A stretch of DNA of 64,000 nucleotides, from the NCBI GenBank assembly GCA_965215185.1, contig OZ244034.1, forward strand, positions 2,624,001 through 2,688,000, in the 5' to 3' direction. Under the pieces are notes generated by a model. That model had not been told where the DNA came from. It saw nothing but the letters and a program-made list of their open reading frames with translations, and ran no database searches. Made by a program: the position numbers and the translations under genes. The DNA comes from Acidimicrobiia bacterium (GTDB taxonomy: Bacteria > Actinomycetota > Acidimicrobiia > Spongiisociales > ZC4RG35). This document shows positions 9,575 through 20,431 of this stretch, piece after piece; position 1 is the first letter of the stretch, and each line of letters starts with the position of its first letter.

Positions 9575-10681
9575 ATGAAACGTGTCTATGCCCGAGGTGG
9601 CGTTGCGATCGTCCGTGATGTGCCAGAGCCGGAGATTCGCAAGGGCGAAGTGCTGATAAAGACGGCATACTCCGCCATAAGCGTGGGCACCGAGATGTGG
9701 TTGATCGAAGGGTCAGCCGATCCCACCTTCACCAACCATGAGTATCCGCCAGATCCGCCGCGATGGCCGAAGACGCGAAGCCCGATCGGCCGGAATTATC
9801 CTCTGCCGCGCCCGCCGGACCCGGAGGCGATCTCATTGGGCTACAGCCTCTCAGGTCGTGTTGTAGACGTCGACGACCAGGTCACAGATCTCCGGGCCGG
9901 AGATGCAGTGGCTGCTTCCGGCTCGCAATGCGCTCATCACGCGGGAGTCGTAGCTGTTCCCAGAAGCCTGGTGGCCCGTGTCCCTGCGGGCTTACCCTTG
10001 CGTGATGCGGCGCTGGTAACTCTCGGCTCAGTGGCCGTGACAGCGTTGCGGGAGACCCGCTGCCAGTTCGGGGAGCGCATTGTGCTTTACGGTCTCGGGC
10101 TCCTCGGCCTACTAGCTGCCCAGGTGGGAAAGGCCGCCGGGTTCGACCTGATCGGTATCGAGATCGACGAGGGCCGGTTGAGTCTGGCCCGATCCATGGG
10201 TCTAGAGGTGATCAACCCGAACACGACGGATCCCGTGAGGAGGGTGAAGAATCTCACAGACGGCTTCGGCGCTGACGCGGTTATTCTCGGCCTCAAAACG
10301 GCGTCGAGCGAGGCCATGAATATGGCATTCGACATGTGCAGGCAACGTGCCCGAGTAGTCGCCCAAGGCTTGTTTGGCATGGAGGTGGAGCGTTCCCGTT
10401 TCTACGCGAACCAGGTGGAACTAGTTCCGGTTATCGGATACGGGCTCGGTCGTTACGACCCCGTCTACGAGGAAGGCAATACCGACTATCCGATTGGCCT
10501 CGGACGATGGACCGAGAACCGCAACCAGGAGTACTTCCTCCGGCTTCTGGTCGAGGGTCACGTCACCTCGAGACTGATCGCCCCCGTCTCGGTACCTATC
10601 GAGCGTGCGCCGGAGGCCTATGACATAATCCGAGGACCGGACCGTCCGCCAACCGTGCTACTCACTTACGAGGGCGGATAG
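9575..10681 (+). CDS. Zinc-binding (MDR) dehydrogenase, resembling the N-domain of bi-domain oxidoreductases
   Basis: SAISVGTE, LGYS, GLGLLG, YGLGRYDPVYEEG..DYPIG..RWTENRN. Confidence 0.82.
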   Translation: MKRVYARGGVAIVRDVPEPEIRKGEVLIKTAYSAISVGTEMWLIEGSADPTFTNHEYPPDPPRWPKTRSPIGRNYPLPRPPDPEAISLGYSLSGRVVDVDDQVTDLRAGDAVAASGSQCAHHAGVVAVPRSLVARVPAGLPLRDAALVTLGSVAVTALRETRCQFGERIVLYGLGLLGLLAAQVGKAAGFDLIGIEIDEGRLSLARSMGLEVINPNTTDPVRRVKNLTDGFGADAVILGLKTASSEAMNMAFDMCRQRARVVAQGLFGMEVERSRFYANQVELVPVIGYGLGRYDPVYEEGNTDYPIGLGRWTENRNQEYFLRLLVEGHVTSRLIAPVSVPIERAPEAYDIIRGPDRPPTVLLTYEGG

Positions 10682-12549
10682 TGAACAGAGGCAGACCGGT
10701 GTCTGCCAACGACCTAGGGGCGATTCGGTGGCCGCTGGACCCTGCCCTAAGCGCTGATGGCAAATCCCTGGCCTACGTAGTTTCCGGGGTCGACATGCGC
10801 CGCGACCACCTGGCCTATCGACTCCATCTTCGAAACCTCGACACCGGTCAGGATGAGGTGGACGGTGGGAGCCGGATCAGGAAACCCCTCTGGTCCCGCG
10901 ACGGCGAGTTGCTTGCCTATTTGAGGGAAACTCCTCGAGGCTGGCAGGTGGCGATTCACGGTCGGGGGAGCATCCTGACTGATGTGGCGGGGGGAGTGGC
11001 GACATTCGACTGGTCACCTTTAGGCGATCGGATTGTGGCTCTCCATGCGGGTGGCGAGCCGGCTTATCACAGGAGCGTTGGTCCGGCAGACCGCACCGAC
11101 GGATCCATCTTGGCCGATGTGGCGACCGGTGAAGTTCGGCGTCTGGCCACTGTCCCCGGGCCGATCCGGGTGGCCCGATGGTCCCCCTCGGGCGCGGAGG
11201 TCGGCCTGGTTGTCGGCGACGCAGTCGGTGACTCGCTGTGGCTGGCGCCGGCTGGAGGCGGCGTGCCCAGACAATTATTCTCATGGCAGGGGCCCATCAA
11301 CTCTTTCGAGTGGTCACCTGACGGCCAGTCAATCGCGGTCACCGGCCGACCGGAGGGTATTGATCCCTGGCTCAATAACGAGTTGTGGGTCGTGGACCCC
11401 GACGACAGAATACCTCCACAGCGGTTGGCGCCGGATCTCGATCGCAGCATCGGGCAGGTGGTCCGTGGTGATGACGAACGAGGCGTTATCCCCGTTGATG
11501 TCCAGTGGACCGGAAATGGAACGGCAGTGTTGGCTGTCTACGCCGATGGTGGTCGCAGCCTCCTCGGCGCTTTCGGATTAGATGGCACATTGCGTCCGGT
11601 TGCCGGAGGAGACCGGGCAATTCTCGACTTCTCAGCGTCCGGGGACACCGATCGAGTTGTCATCTCCTGGTCGGACGCCGGAAACCCCGGCGACCTCTCA
11701 CTCCTTGCCGGTGGCGAAGAGACTGCCGTCACCGATCTCAATGCCGGGTGGCTGTCGGCTATCGAGTTGGCGCCGACTTCTGTGATCACCACTCCCACAT
11801 CCAGAGCAACACGGGTCGAAGGCTGGCTGACCTCACCGGTCGGAGCAGATGAGCCATTTCCCCTGGTGGTCCAAGTACACGGTGGCCCGCACTATTCGGT
11901 GGGACAGCGATTCTCCTTCGACGCCCAGCGGCTGGCAGGTATGGGAATCGCTCTACTACGGAGCAATCCGCGGGGGAGCCAAGGCTATGGAACGGAGCAC
12001 GCTTCAGCGATCAGAGGGGATTGGGGCGGTGGGGACTTCGAAGACATCCTGTTGATCGTTGAAGCCGCCCTCGAAGCCGCTCTAATCGACTCCGAACGTT
12101 TGGGCATGATCGGTGAGAGCTACGGAGGATTCATGGTGAACTGGGCGCTAGGTCAAACTGGACGGTTCAGCGCCGGTGTGGCCGAAAACGGCATAAGCGA
12201 CCTCACCGCTATGGGGAGAGGGCGAAATGGCCGAGCCTTCTGGCACCTGGAGTTAGGGGGCAGCCCCGATGATCTGCCGGATCTATACACCGAGTTGTCC
12301 CCGCTCACACACGTCGGCTCGATCGACACTCCACTGCTTCTGATCCACGCCGAGGAGGACACCACATGCCCGATCGAGCAAAGCGAGATGATGCACGAGG
12401 CAATGAGCCCCTTAGGCAAGGAAGTGTCGATGTTCAGGGTTCAGGGCGAGGAGCACTTCGTCAACGTATTCGGCCGCCCATCCATGAGACGCCTCCGAAC
12501 GGACATCCTAGACTCGTTCCTGTTGGAACATCTCGATGTCATTTGGTGA
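10681..12549 (+). CDS. S9 family peptidase (acylaminoacyl/dipeptidyl peptidase) with beta-propeller
   Basis: WSP repeats, HGGP, NPRGSQGYG, GESYGG nucleophile, catalytic Asp (EEDTTC) and His (EEHF). Confidence 0.92.
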   Translation: MNRGRPVSANDLGAIRWPLDPALSADGKSLAYVVSGVDMRRDHLAYRLHLRNLDTGQDEVDGGSRIRKPLWSRDGELLAYLRETPRGWQVAIHGRGSILTDVAGGVATFDWSPLGDRIVALHAGGEPAYHRSVGPADRTDGSILADVATGEVRRLATVPGPIRVARWSPSGAEVGLVVGDAVGDSLWLAPAGGGVPRQLFSWQGPINSFEWSPDGQSIAVTGRPEGIDPWLNNELWVVDPDDRIPPQRLAPDLDRSIGQVVRGDDERGVIPVDVQWTGNGTAVLAVYADGGRSLLGAFGLDGTLRPVAGGDRAILDFSASGDTDRVVISWSDAGNPGDLSLLAGGEETAVTDLNAGWLSAIELAPTSVITTPTSRATRVEGWLTSPVGADEPFPLVVQVHGGPHYSVGQRFSFDAQRLAGMGIALLRSNPRGSQGYGTEHASAIRGDWGGGDFEDILLIVEAALEAALIDSERLGMIGESYGGFMVNWALGQTGRFSAGVAENGISDLTAMGRGRNGRAFWHLELGGSPDDLPDLYTELSPLTHVGSIDTPLLLIHAEEDTTCPIEQSEMMHEAMSPLGKEVSMFRVQGEEHFVNVFGRPSMRRLRTDILDSFLLEHLDVIW

Positions 12550-12591
12550 CGCAGTAGATGTGAGGAGCCATCCGGACGGCAGGAGAGCTCG

Positions 12592-13743
12592 ATGAGAGTC
12601 ATGGATTACGAGTGTTTCGTGGTGAGCCACGAGCTCGATCCCCGCACCGGACCCTCCATCGCCTACAGCAGCGCCCACTCCTACGTTGTCGTGAGGATCA
12701 CCGGATCGCTGGGCCACATGGGGTGGGGCGAGACGTACAGGGCTCCGGGAGTGCTGGCGACTGTCGAGGAAACGCTCCGGTCGGTTTCCGGTAAGGAGGA
12801 TTCGCTGCGGTCGCTGTTGCGGGAGGTCCGCTGGGTCGCCGGAGGTCTCGAGGGTGGAGGCTTCGCCAACTCCGCAGTTGCCATCGCCCTGGAGGATCTC
12901 CGAGCCAAGGAGCTAGGTGTACCCATCAGCGAGATGTTTGGCGGTCCGACTCGCTGGCGAGTGCGGATGTACGCGGCCAGCGGAGGCTACGTGGAGGGTT
13001 TGCCCCCCGAGGAAACCTGGCCGCAAGAGTACGATCGAGTCCGGAAAGCCGGCTTCACCGCCATGAAGTTGCGGGTCGGAGGGTACCCGATCGAGCACGA
13101 AGCTCCTCTCTTGGAGCAGCTGCGAGTCGGTGCGCCCCACGACTTCGACCTCCTGGCGGACGGAAACGCCGCATACACTTTCAAGGAGTCAGTTCGCATG
13201 GGGAAAGTCATGGAGAAGCTCGGCTTCCTGTGGTTCGAGGAGCCCATGGAACAGCGGAGCGGATATGTCGGATATGGCCGTCTCCGGGACCTACTCGAAA
13301 TCCCTCTGGCTGGGGGAGAGGCCCTGATGACTCGTATACGAGCGCGTCAGCTCTTCGAAGCGCATAGTGTTGACATCGTACAGCCGGATCCGGTAATAGC
13401 CGGCGGCGTTACCGAGGTTCTCGCTATCGCAGAACTGGCCGCTCTGTACGGAATCGTCACCGTTCCTCATACATCGAACTCGGCCATCGGCATTGCCGCG
13501 GCTCTGCAGGTCATCGCCTGCCTACCCGACTACACGAGGTCGCCCTCAACACTGCAGCCGCTGCTCGAATACGGGGTCGACGACAGTCCATGGCGCCGGG
13601 ACCTGCTCACTAGCGACTTCGAGATCTCTGACGGACGGGTCACGATTCCTACCGGCCCGGGTTTGGGGGTAGAGATCGCAGAAGACTATCTGCGATCCGT
13701 TGCAGTGGAGCGCCGGTCCGGTCCGGGCCACGGGGGCGTCTGA
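12592..13743 (+). CDS. Mandelate racemase/muconate lactonising enzyme family
   Basis: GWGE, KLR, DGN, WFEEP, GE, QPD, PH, GPGLGVE. Confidence 0.92.
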   Translation: MRVMDYECFVVSHELDPRTGPSIAYSSAHSYVVVRITGSLGHMGWGETYRAPGVLATVEETLRSVSGKEDSLRSLLREVRWVAGGLEGGGFANSAVAIALEDLRAKELGVPISEMFGGPTRWRVRMYAASGGYVEGLPPEETWPQEYDRVRKAGFTAMKLRVGGYPIEHEAPLLEQLRVGAPHDFDLLADGNAAYTFKESVRMGKVMEKLGFLWFEEPMEQRSGYVGYGRLRDLLEIPLAGGEALMTRIRARQLFEAHSVDIVQPDPVIAGGVTEVLAIAELAALYGIVTVPHTSNSAIGIAAALQVIACLPDYTRSPSTLQPLLEYGVDDSPWRRDLLTSDFEISDGRVTIPTGPGLGVEIAEDYLRSVAVERRSGPGHGGV

Positions 13744-13768
13744 TCCGGCGATGCAGGAGAAACGGGAT

Positions 13769-14191
13769 ATGAGACCACTTCCTGGGGCCGAGACTGAGCG
13801 ATTCCTGCGAGGGCAGCCCAACCTCGTCCTGGGCACGACACGGCGTGACGGATCACCCCAGTCTTCACCCCTGTGGTACCTGTGGACAGGCGTTTCGTTT
13901 CTTATGTCGACCGTCTCCTGGACGGCGAAATGGCACAACCTGAGGCGTGACCCAAGGTGCTCTGTTTGTGTAGACGATCCGGAAACCGGAAGGATGGTCG
14001 TGGCCTACGGAGAGGCCGAGCTTCACGAGGGTGACGTTCGCGAGCGGACTAGAGGGATTGTCGATAAGTACTACCCCTTTGACCAAGCCGCCGCTGATGC
14101 TCATATGGAACGGATCTTCACCTCGCCCGACCCCCGTGTGTTGATCGAGGTGGCGCCGACCAGGCTGATCGCCAGAAGGCTGGATCAGTGA
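13769..14191 (+). CDS. PPOX-class (probably F420-dependent) oxidoreductase
   Basis: LGTTRRDGSPQSSPLW, KWHNLRRDPR; AGGAG upstream. Confidence 0.85.
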   Translation: MRPLPGAETERFLRGQPNLVLGTTRRDGSPQSSPLWYLWTGVSFLMSTVSWTAKWHNLRRDPRCSVCVDDPETGRMVVAYGEAELHEGDVRERTRGIVDKYYPFDQAAADAHMERIFTSPDPRVLIEVAPTRLIARRLDQ

Positions 14192-14219
14192 ACGCTGGTT
14201 TAGGTTAGGTCTGGTAACC

Positions 14220-16337
14220 ATGACTTCAGGTGTTGTCTCACCCGCCGGCGATGGACAAGGCTCTGATGGTTCGGCGCTTCTCCGGGTGCGAGACCTGAAA
14301 GTGCGATTCAGAACGGGCCAGGGCACGATTCACGCTGTCAACGGACTCAGTCTTGACCTCGACCCAGGTGAGACTCTCGCAATCGTGGGAGAGTCAGCAT
14401 CGGGAAAGTCGGTCACGGCCCTTGCCATCATGGGTCTCCTGCCGCCTGAAGCCGATATCGAGGGATCGGTTCGATTGAAGGGTCGCGAATTGCTTGGGCT
14501 CCCGGATAAAAAGATGCGAACTGTCCGCGGCCGTCACATCGGGATGGTGTTCCAGGACGCAATGACATCTTTGGATCCAGTCTTTACGGTAGGCAACCAG
14601 ATCGTCGAGGCTATCAGAGCGCACCGAAAGGACATATCGTCGAAAGAAGCCGAGGCTCGAGCCGTCGAGCTCCTCGACCTAGTCGGGATCGCTGCCGCAT
14701 CGAAGCGGATCCACGACTTTCCTCACGAAATGTCCGGCGGGATGCGGCAGCGGGCAATGATCGCCATCGCCATTGCCAACGATCCGAGCATCCTAATTGC
14801 CGACGAGCCAACCACGGCCCTAGATGTCACGATCCAGGCACAGGTGATGGACGCACTAGCCTTGGCACAGGAAACGACCGGTGCAGCCATCTTGTTGATC
14901 ACCCACGATCTCGGTCTCGTGGCGAGTCACGCGGATCGCGTGCAGGTCATGTATGGCGGCTTCACCTTCGAGGCTGGTGGATCCGATGAGGTCTTCTACA
15001 GGAGCAAGAACCCGTACACGCGGGGTCTTCTCAGTGCGATCCCGAGGGCCGACCGGCGGGACGAGAGACTGCAACTCATACGCGGTTCGCCTCCCACGGC
15101 TGTGCTCAACCCGGTGGGCTGTGTCTTCGCGCCGAGGTGTGACTACGCACAAGACATCTGTACGGAGCAACGTCCGGCACTGGTTCAAATTGGTGAAGGA
15201 CACGTTTCCAGGTGCCACTTCGCCGCCGCGATCGACCGGCTTGCCGGGAACCAGCCCGCCGGACCTCGAGAGTTGCGTGACTTGCGGGGCTCGGCAAGGG
15301 TCACCGACTCTGCGGCCCCGACTCCGCCGGTTCTCGAAGTCACCGATCTGGTTAAGCACTTCCCTGTCAGGCGGGGCTTCTTCAGGCGTGTTGTGGGCTC
15401 TGTCAAGGCGGTGAACGGTGTGAGCCTCACAGTCGACCGCCAGCAGTCGCTTGGAATCGTGGGGGAGAGCGGCAGCGGTAAGACCACCCTTGCCCGTTGC
15501 ATCCTCAGAATGACCGAACCGACCTCAGGATCGATCCGCTTTCTCGGACGAGAGCTAACCGAGGCGGACGCAGCAACCATGCGGCGGCTGCGAAACAATC
15601 TTCAGCTTGTTTTCCAGGATCCCTATGCCTCGCTCAACCCCCGGATGACCGTTCGGCAGATCGTCGGTGAGCCCCTCAAGATCCAGGGCTGGGACCAAAC
15701 GCGGGCGCGCACGCGGATTGGCGATCTGATTGAGGCGGTCGGCCTTTCGACCAGTCACCTAAACCGATATCCCCATGAGTTTTCGGGGGGACAGCGGCAG
15801 CGGATAGGCATCGCCCGCTCACTGGCCCTCGGACCGGATCTGGTCATACTCGACGAGCCTGTCTCGGCGTTGGACGTCTCGGTTCAAGCCCAGGTCCTCA
15901 ATATGCTCGACAGTTTGCAGGCTGAGTTCGACCTGGCCTTCATATACATTGCCCACGACCTGTCTGTGGTGCGACACGTCTCCGATTTCGTGGCGGTCAT
16001 GTATCTGGGAAAGATCGTCGAGACGGCAGACAGCGATCAGCTATACGAGAACCCTGCGCACCCGTACACACAGTCGCTTCTCTCGGCGGTGCCGGTTCCC
16101 GACCCGATCAATGCCCGAAGACAGCAGCGCGTGATTCTCAAGGGCGACATTCCCGACCCGTCGGAGTTGCCGCCAGGATGTGCGTTTCATACCCGCTGCC
16201 CTATCGTCCAGGACCGCTGCCGGGTCGAGACACCGCTTCTGGAAGAGGTGTCACCGGGTCACTTCGCCTCCTGCCACTTTGCGTTGAGGCCGGGAGAGAC
16301 ATTGGACAAAGCACTCCGTCAAAGCAGTACAACATAA
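14220..16337 (+). CDS. Fused DppD-DppF ABC ATP-binding protein
   Basis: Two NBDs (GESASGKS, GESGSGKT), each with a C-terminal Cys cluster. Confidence 0.93.
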   Translation: MTSGVVSPAGDGQGSDGSALLRVRDLKVRFRTGQGTIHAVNGLSLDLDPGETLAIVGESASGKSVTALAIMGLLPPEADIEGSVRLKGRELLGLPDKKMRTVRGRHIGMVFQDAMTSLDPVFTVGNQIVEAIRAHRKDISSKEAEARAVELLDLVGIAAASKRIHDFPHEMSGGMRQRAMIAIAIANDPSILIADEPTTALDVTIQAQVMDALALAQETTGAAILLITHDLGLVASHADRVQVMYGGFTFEAGGSDEVFYRSKNPYTRGLLSAIPRADRRDERLQLIRGSPPTAVLNPVGCVFAPRCDYAQDICTEQRPALVQIGEGHVSRCHFAAAIDRLAGNQPAGPRELRDLRGSARVTDSAAPTPPVLEVTDLVKHFPVRRGFFRRVVGSVKAVNGVSLTVDRQQSLGIVGESGSGKTTLARCILRMTEPTSGSIRFLGRELTEADAATMRRLRNNLQLVFQDPYASLNPRMTVRQIVGEPLKIQGWDQTRARTRIGDLIEAVGLSTSHLNRYPHEFSGGQRQRIGIARSLALGPDLVILDEPVSALDVSVQAQVLNMLDSLQAEFDLAFIYIAHDLSVVRHVSDFVAVMYLGKIVETADSDQLYENPAHPYTQSLLSAVPVPDPINARRQQRVILKGDIPDPSELPPGCAFHTRCPIVQDRCRVETPLLEEVSPGHFASCHFALRPGETLDKALRQSSTT

Positions 16338-16549
16338 AATTACCGGGCTATCCATGCGAGGGGATCCTGTTGACCGTTAGGATCAATTCCAGCCCCGTGT
16401 GACGGTCGGCAAGGGCCCCTTTGGGCGCCGCTGATCATTTGACGGGCATCCCTCTTCCGTCACGTGAGTATGGACCATTGGTTTGTGTTGGGTCGATTCC
16501 TAAGCGATGACGGTCGAGGGGCAGTGTTCTACGCGGAAAGGAACGAGAC

Positions 16550-18376
16550 ATGGGATCGCACAAAATGAAGAGATGGGTCGTAGTCCTGCTGGCGTTTGCC
16601 CTGGTGGCGAGCGCCTGCGCAGCAGACGATGACACCGTCGACACAACAGCCCCCGCCCCCGCCCCTACGACCACAACCACGGCGGTGATGGACGATGGCG
16701 GTGATGAAGCCCCCGCCCCCACGACCACAACCACGGCGGTGATGGACGATGGCGGTGATGAAGCCCCCGCCCCCACGACCACAACCACGGCGGTGATGGA
16801 CGATGACAGTACCACAGAAACGACTGCTGCGAGTACTGACGGCGGGGTGGAAGCCCCGGACACACTCAATATTCATGTTGGCGAGTTCGCCACTTTGAAC
16901 CCTTTCCTCTCCAGCGGCATCGGCCGCGGGACGGTTACAGCCGTGATCTACCAGCCGCTGGTTTTCATAGGACCTGACAACACCGTTCATGGTGGAGCTG
17001 CGGAGTCCTGGGAGATAAGCGGCGATGGTCTCACGATCACCTTCCATCTGCGAGATGACCTGATTTGGAGCGATGGTGAGCCTTTCACGTCCGAAGATGT
17101 CCTTTGGAGCATCTCGAAGTATCTCACCGCCGACCTGAGCCTCTGGGCCAACCGGATCGGTGGCGTCCTCGGTCAGGGTGAAGGGGATGTGCCCGCGGGT
17201 CTGAGCGCCCCCGACGACCACACTTTTGTGGTCCAGCTCGCCGGATCCAATCCGCCATGGCTGAGTATTCTGGCGGCGCAGGGTTTCGTGATCTCGATGC
17301 TCCCCGAGCATGTGCTGGGTGGCATGTCCAACGAGGAACTCGCTACAACGGAGTACTTCAACGAGGCACCTGTCACGCTCGGTCCTTACAAGTTCGTTCG
17401 TTGGGAACGAGACCAGTTTGTGGAGCTGGAAGCCGACCCGAATTGGCCTGCTTCGGTCGCGTTCGACAGGGTGAGATTCAGCCTTCTCCAGACCGATGTG
17501 GCAACCGCTCAACTCGAGACAGAAGACCTGCACCTTTCAACCCAGATCGCGCCTCTTGATGTAGCGCGGCTCCAAGCGTTGGACAACGTCGTGATCCAGA
17601 CGGTTACCGGAGTCTGGCCCGAGGTTCTGCAGTTCTTCGTGGATCAGCCGGAACTCGCCGACCCGCGTGTTCGCCAGGCAATGGCATACGCGCTGGATCT
17701 CGAAGGGCTCTGCCGGGAGGTGCTGGTGGGCTACTGCACGGTCACCAGGGACCAGGTTCGCCTTCTGGCGCCTGCCTGGGCGATTCCCACTGAAGGCATG
17801 ATCGTGTATGAGTACAACCCCGACCGCGCTCGCGAGCTACTCGCCGAAGCCGGATGGGATTCCGGTACCAAGTTGACCCTGCTCAACATCGGGGGTCAGG
17901 ACCGTATCCGTAACACCGAGTCGGTAATCATCCAGGCAAACTTTGCCGCGGTGGGCATCAGCTTGAACGTCCTGGCTACAGACGTCGGAACGCTGCTCGA
18001 CATCGGACGCAATGCGGATCGCCGCGGAGAGATCCATATGTTCCTCAACCGTGGCGCTCACTTTTCTGCCGACCCGAATCAGGTATCCCCGTACAACAGT
18101 TGTCACACCCACTATCCGAACGGCGCAAACCTGTCGTGGTTTTGCCGCGACGACCTTGATGCGCTCTGGGAGCGAGGGCTTCAGGTGGCCTCGCCCGAGG
18201 AGCGTGCGCCGATTTACCACGAGGCGTTCAGGATCCTCAACGCTGACATCGACTCGTTGAACCTTTACTGGCCCGAGACGATCGTGGCTCACGCAGGTGC
18301 CCTGAGGGGTGTGCAACCGGTCGGCCAGCCGGAGCACGTCACTTGGAACATCGCGGACTGGACATGGGGAGGTTGA
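16550..18376 (+). CDS. Family-5 ABC substrate-binding lipoprotein with acidic Thr-rich tether
   Basis: Lipobox ASAC; WSDGEPFTSEDV; GPYKF; DPRVRQA. Confidence 0.92.
   Translation: MGSHKMKRWVVVLLAFALVASACAADDDTVDTTAPAPAPTTTTTAVMDDGGDEAPAPTTTTTAVMDDGGDEAPAPTTTTTAVMDDDSTTETTAASTDGGVEAPDTLNIHVGEFATLNPFLSSGIGRGTVTAVIYQPLVFIGPDNTVHGGAAESWEISGDGLTITFHLRDDLIWSDGEPFTSEDVLWSISKYLTADLSLWANRIGGVLGQGEGDVPAGLSAPDDHTFVVQLAGSNPPWLSILAAQGFVISMLPEHVLGGMSNEELATTEYFNEAPVTLGPYKFVRWERDQFVELEADPNWPASVAFDRVRFSLLQTDVATAQLETEDLHLSTQIAPLDVARLQALDNVVIQTVTGVWPEVLQFFVDQPELADPRVRQAMAYALDLEGLCREVLVGYCTVTRDQVRLLAPAWAIPTEGMIVYEYNPDRARELLAEAGWDSGTKLTLLNIGGQDRIRNTESVIIQANFAAVGISLNVLATDVGTLLDIGRNADRRGEIHMFLNRGAHFSADPNQVSPYNSCHTHYPNGANLSWFCRDDLDALWERGLQVASPEERAPIYHEAFRILNADIDSLNLYWPETIVAHAGALRGVQPVGQPEHVTWNIADWTWGG
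16655..16805 (+). repeat. 54-bp tandem repeat (about 2.8 copies) encoding APAPTTTTTAVMDDGGDE
   Basis: Near-identical units read directly from the sequence. Confidence 0.92.
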
Positions 18377-18413
18377 GCAACTCTCGTTGAACACCGAACC
18401 TTTAATGTCATGT

Positions 18414-18445
18414 GGTTGGGGGCGTCCGATTGGACGCCCCCAACC
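18414..18445 (+). terminator. Stem-loop after the SBP gene
   Basis: GGTTGGGGGCGTCC-GATT-GGACGCCCCCAACC, 14-bp stem. Confidence 0.7.
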
Positions 18446-18505
18446 CGATCACGATCCTTGTAAGGATTTCACTGGCCGCTAACGGATGGAAGTTTGGAAG
18501 GACTG

Positions 18506-19468
18506 ATGGGCCGATACGTTCTCAGGCGTTTGCTGACCTCCATTCCGGTCGTGACCGGCATCATGCTCCTCTCCTTCGTCCTGGTGCAGTCGATGCCTGG
18601 AGACCCGCTGCTCATGCTGATTCCACCCGACCTGCTGCAGGGGGCCGAAGGCCAGGCATTTCTCGCTGCGCAGAGAGAACGATTCGGACTTGATGATCCG
18701 TTAATCGTGCAGTTCTTCAGGTGGGTCGGTGAACTCTTCCAGGGAAATCTCGGTTTCTCATTCCACCTGGGCAAGCCCGTCACCGAGATACTGGGCGATA
18801 GGGCGGGTCCCAGCTTGATACTTATGGGGGGGTCGATGCTGGTAGCTCTGGTGATCGCAGTTCCCACTGGACTCGTAGCGGCCCTGCGCAGGAACAGAGC
18901 CTTCGACTATGTCGCCTCGGCTGTCGGGATGTCGGTCATTGCCATTCCCAGCTTCTTCACAGCTCTCGCTGTCATCTACATCTTCGGTGTCAAGCTGCGC
19001 TGGCTTCCGCCCGGGGGGATGGGAGAGGAGGGGATCGGTGACTTTCTCATCCACGCCATCATGCCGATCGGAGTTCTCAGCGCCGCCCTGTTCGGCCCCT
19101 ACATGCGATACACCCGGCAGTCCGCCCTCGAGGTGCTCAACGAGCCCTACATAACCGCCGCCCGCGCACGCGGCGTCTCGAGAAGCCTGGTTGTCGGAAA
19201 GCACACACTGAAAAACGCTGCCATCCCGATAGCCACCGTCACGGTCGTTCAGATCCCGCTCCTCGTTGGCGGGGCAATAGTCATCGAGAAGATGTTCGCC
19301 TGGCCGGGTACAGGGCTGATCGTCTTCAATGCGATCACCACGCGAGACTTCCCGGTGATCATCGGCTTTACGCTGCTGGTGGCTCTGATCGTGGTCTTGT
19401 CACAACTCTTCCTCGACCTATTCATAGGGTGGCTCGATCCCCGCGTGCGTATCGAAGGAGCGCAATGA
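18506..19468 (+). CDS. ABC permease (DppB-like)
   Basis: MGRYVLRRL, PGDP, YITAARARG, FAWPG. Confidence 0.92.
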   Translation: MGRYVLRRLLTSIPVVTGIMLLSFVLVQSMPGDPLLMLIPPDLLQGAEGQAFLAAQRERFGLDDPLIVQFFRWVGELFQGNLGFSFHLGKPVTEILGDRAGPSLILMGGSMLVALVIAVPTGLVAALRRNRAFDYVASAVGMSVIAIPSFFTALAVIYIFGVKLRWLPPGGMGEEGIGDFLIHAIMPIGVLSAALFGPYMRYTRQSALEVLNEPYITAARARGVSRSLVVGKHTLKNAAIPIATVTVVQIPLLVGGAIVIEKMFAWPGTGLIVFNAITTRDFPVIIGFTLLVALIVVLSQLFLDLFIGWLDPRVRIEGAQ

Positions 19469-20424
19469 CCAGGCCCGGCGCCCGAGGCAGGTTCCTTTCT
19501 CCTGCCGACGTGCAGGAGGTGTCGGACGCACTCATCGAAGAACTGGAAGGCGCTGCGAAGTCCGCCAAGAGTCACCAGAGCCCCTCAAGGAGGGCTTGGC
19601 GCCGATTCCGACGGAACAAGTTGGCGATGTCGGGTCTGGTGTTTCTCGTCTTCGTTGTGGTGCTGTCGGCCCTCGGCCCGCTGATCGCCCCGGACCCTTT
19701 AGCCATCGATTTGGCGGCTGTCCTCAGGCCACCTGCTTGGGAATATTGGCTTGGCACAGACCAGGCAGGCCGTGATGTCTTCGCTCGGGTTGTCTCCGGG
19801 GGACGAGTCTCATTGACCATCGGCTTTGCCTCGGCGATCTCCACCGTCCTGGTCGGCTTGGTGCTCGGAACAATCGCCGGATACCGGGGTGGGGTCTTTG
19901 ACTGGTTCTTCATGCGCCTTGTCGAGGTGGTCCTCTCCTTCCCAACCCTGGTGCTGATCATCTTTTTCGTCACGCGATTCGGGCGCAGTGTCACGAGCAT
20001 CGTTCTCGTGATGGCGCTGTTTCAGTGGCCGATCGCAGGGAGGTTGGTCAGGAACATGAGTGTCGCTGTGAAGGAACTAGAGTTCGTGCAGGCGGCGCGT
20101 GCGTTCGGGGCCAAGGGTTTCCACACGGCGGTTCGACACGTCCTCCCCTCGGCGGTGGGCCCGCTGACTGTGGCCGGCACCCTGCTGGTGGCACAGGCAA
20201 TCCTTATCGAGTCCGCGCTGTCGTTTCTGGGGTTCGGGATTTCACCCCCCACGGCGACATGGGGAAGCATCTTGAACGAGGCGCAGTCGCTGACAATCCT
20301 CGAGACAATGCCCTGGCTCTGGATCCCGGCCGGCCTGCTGATCACTCTCACGGTGCTGGCCATCAACTTCGTGGGTGACGGGCTGCGAGATGGACTGGAT
20401 CCACGGGCAAGCGAAATGACCTGA
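19465..20424 (+). CDS. ABC permease (DppC-like)
   Basis: LGTDQAGRD, ESALSFLGFG, GDGLRDGLDP. Confidence 0.92.
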   Translation: MTRPGARGRFLSPADVQEVSDALIEELEGAAKSAKSHQSPSRRAWRRFRRNKLAMSGLVFLVFVVVLSALGPLIAPDPLAIDLAAVLRPPAWEYWLGTDQAGRDVFARVVSGGRVSLTIGFASAISTVLVGLVLGTIAGYRGGVFDWFFMRLVEVVLSFPTLVLIIFFVTRFGRSVTSIVLVMALFQWPIAGRLVRNMSVAVKELEFVQAARAFGAKGFHTAVRHVLPSAVGPLTVAGTLLVAQAILIESALSFLGFGISPPTATWGSILNEAQSLTILETMPWLWIPAGLLITLTVLAINFVGDGLRDGLDPRASEMT

Positions 20425-20431
20425 TCCCGAA

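Noticed and set aside
16655-16805. Repeats as a CRISPR array (also 30624-30676, 47199-47399)
   Set aside because: No unique spacers, coding context, no cas genes
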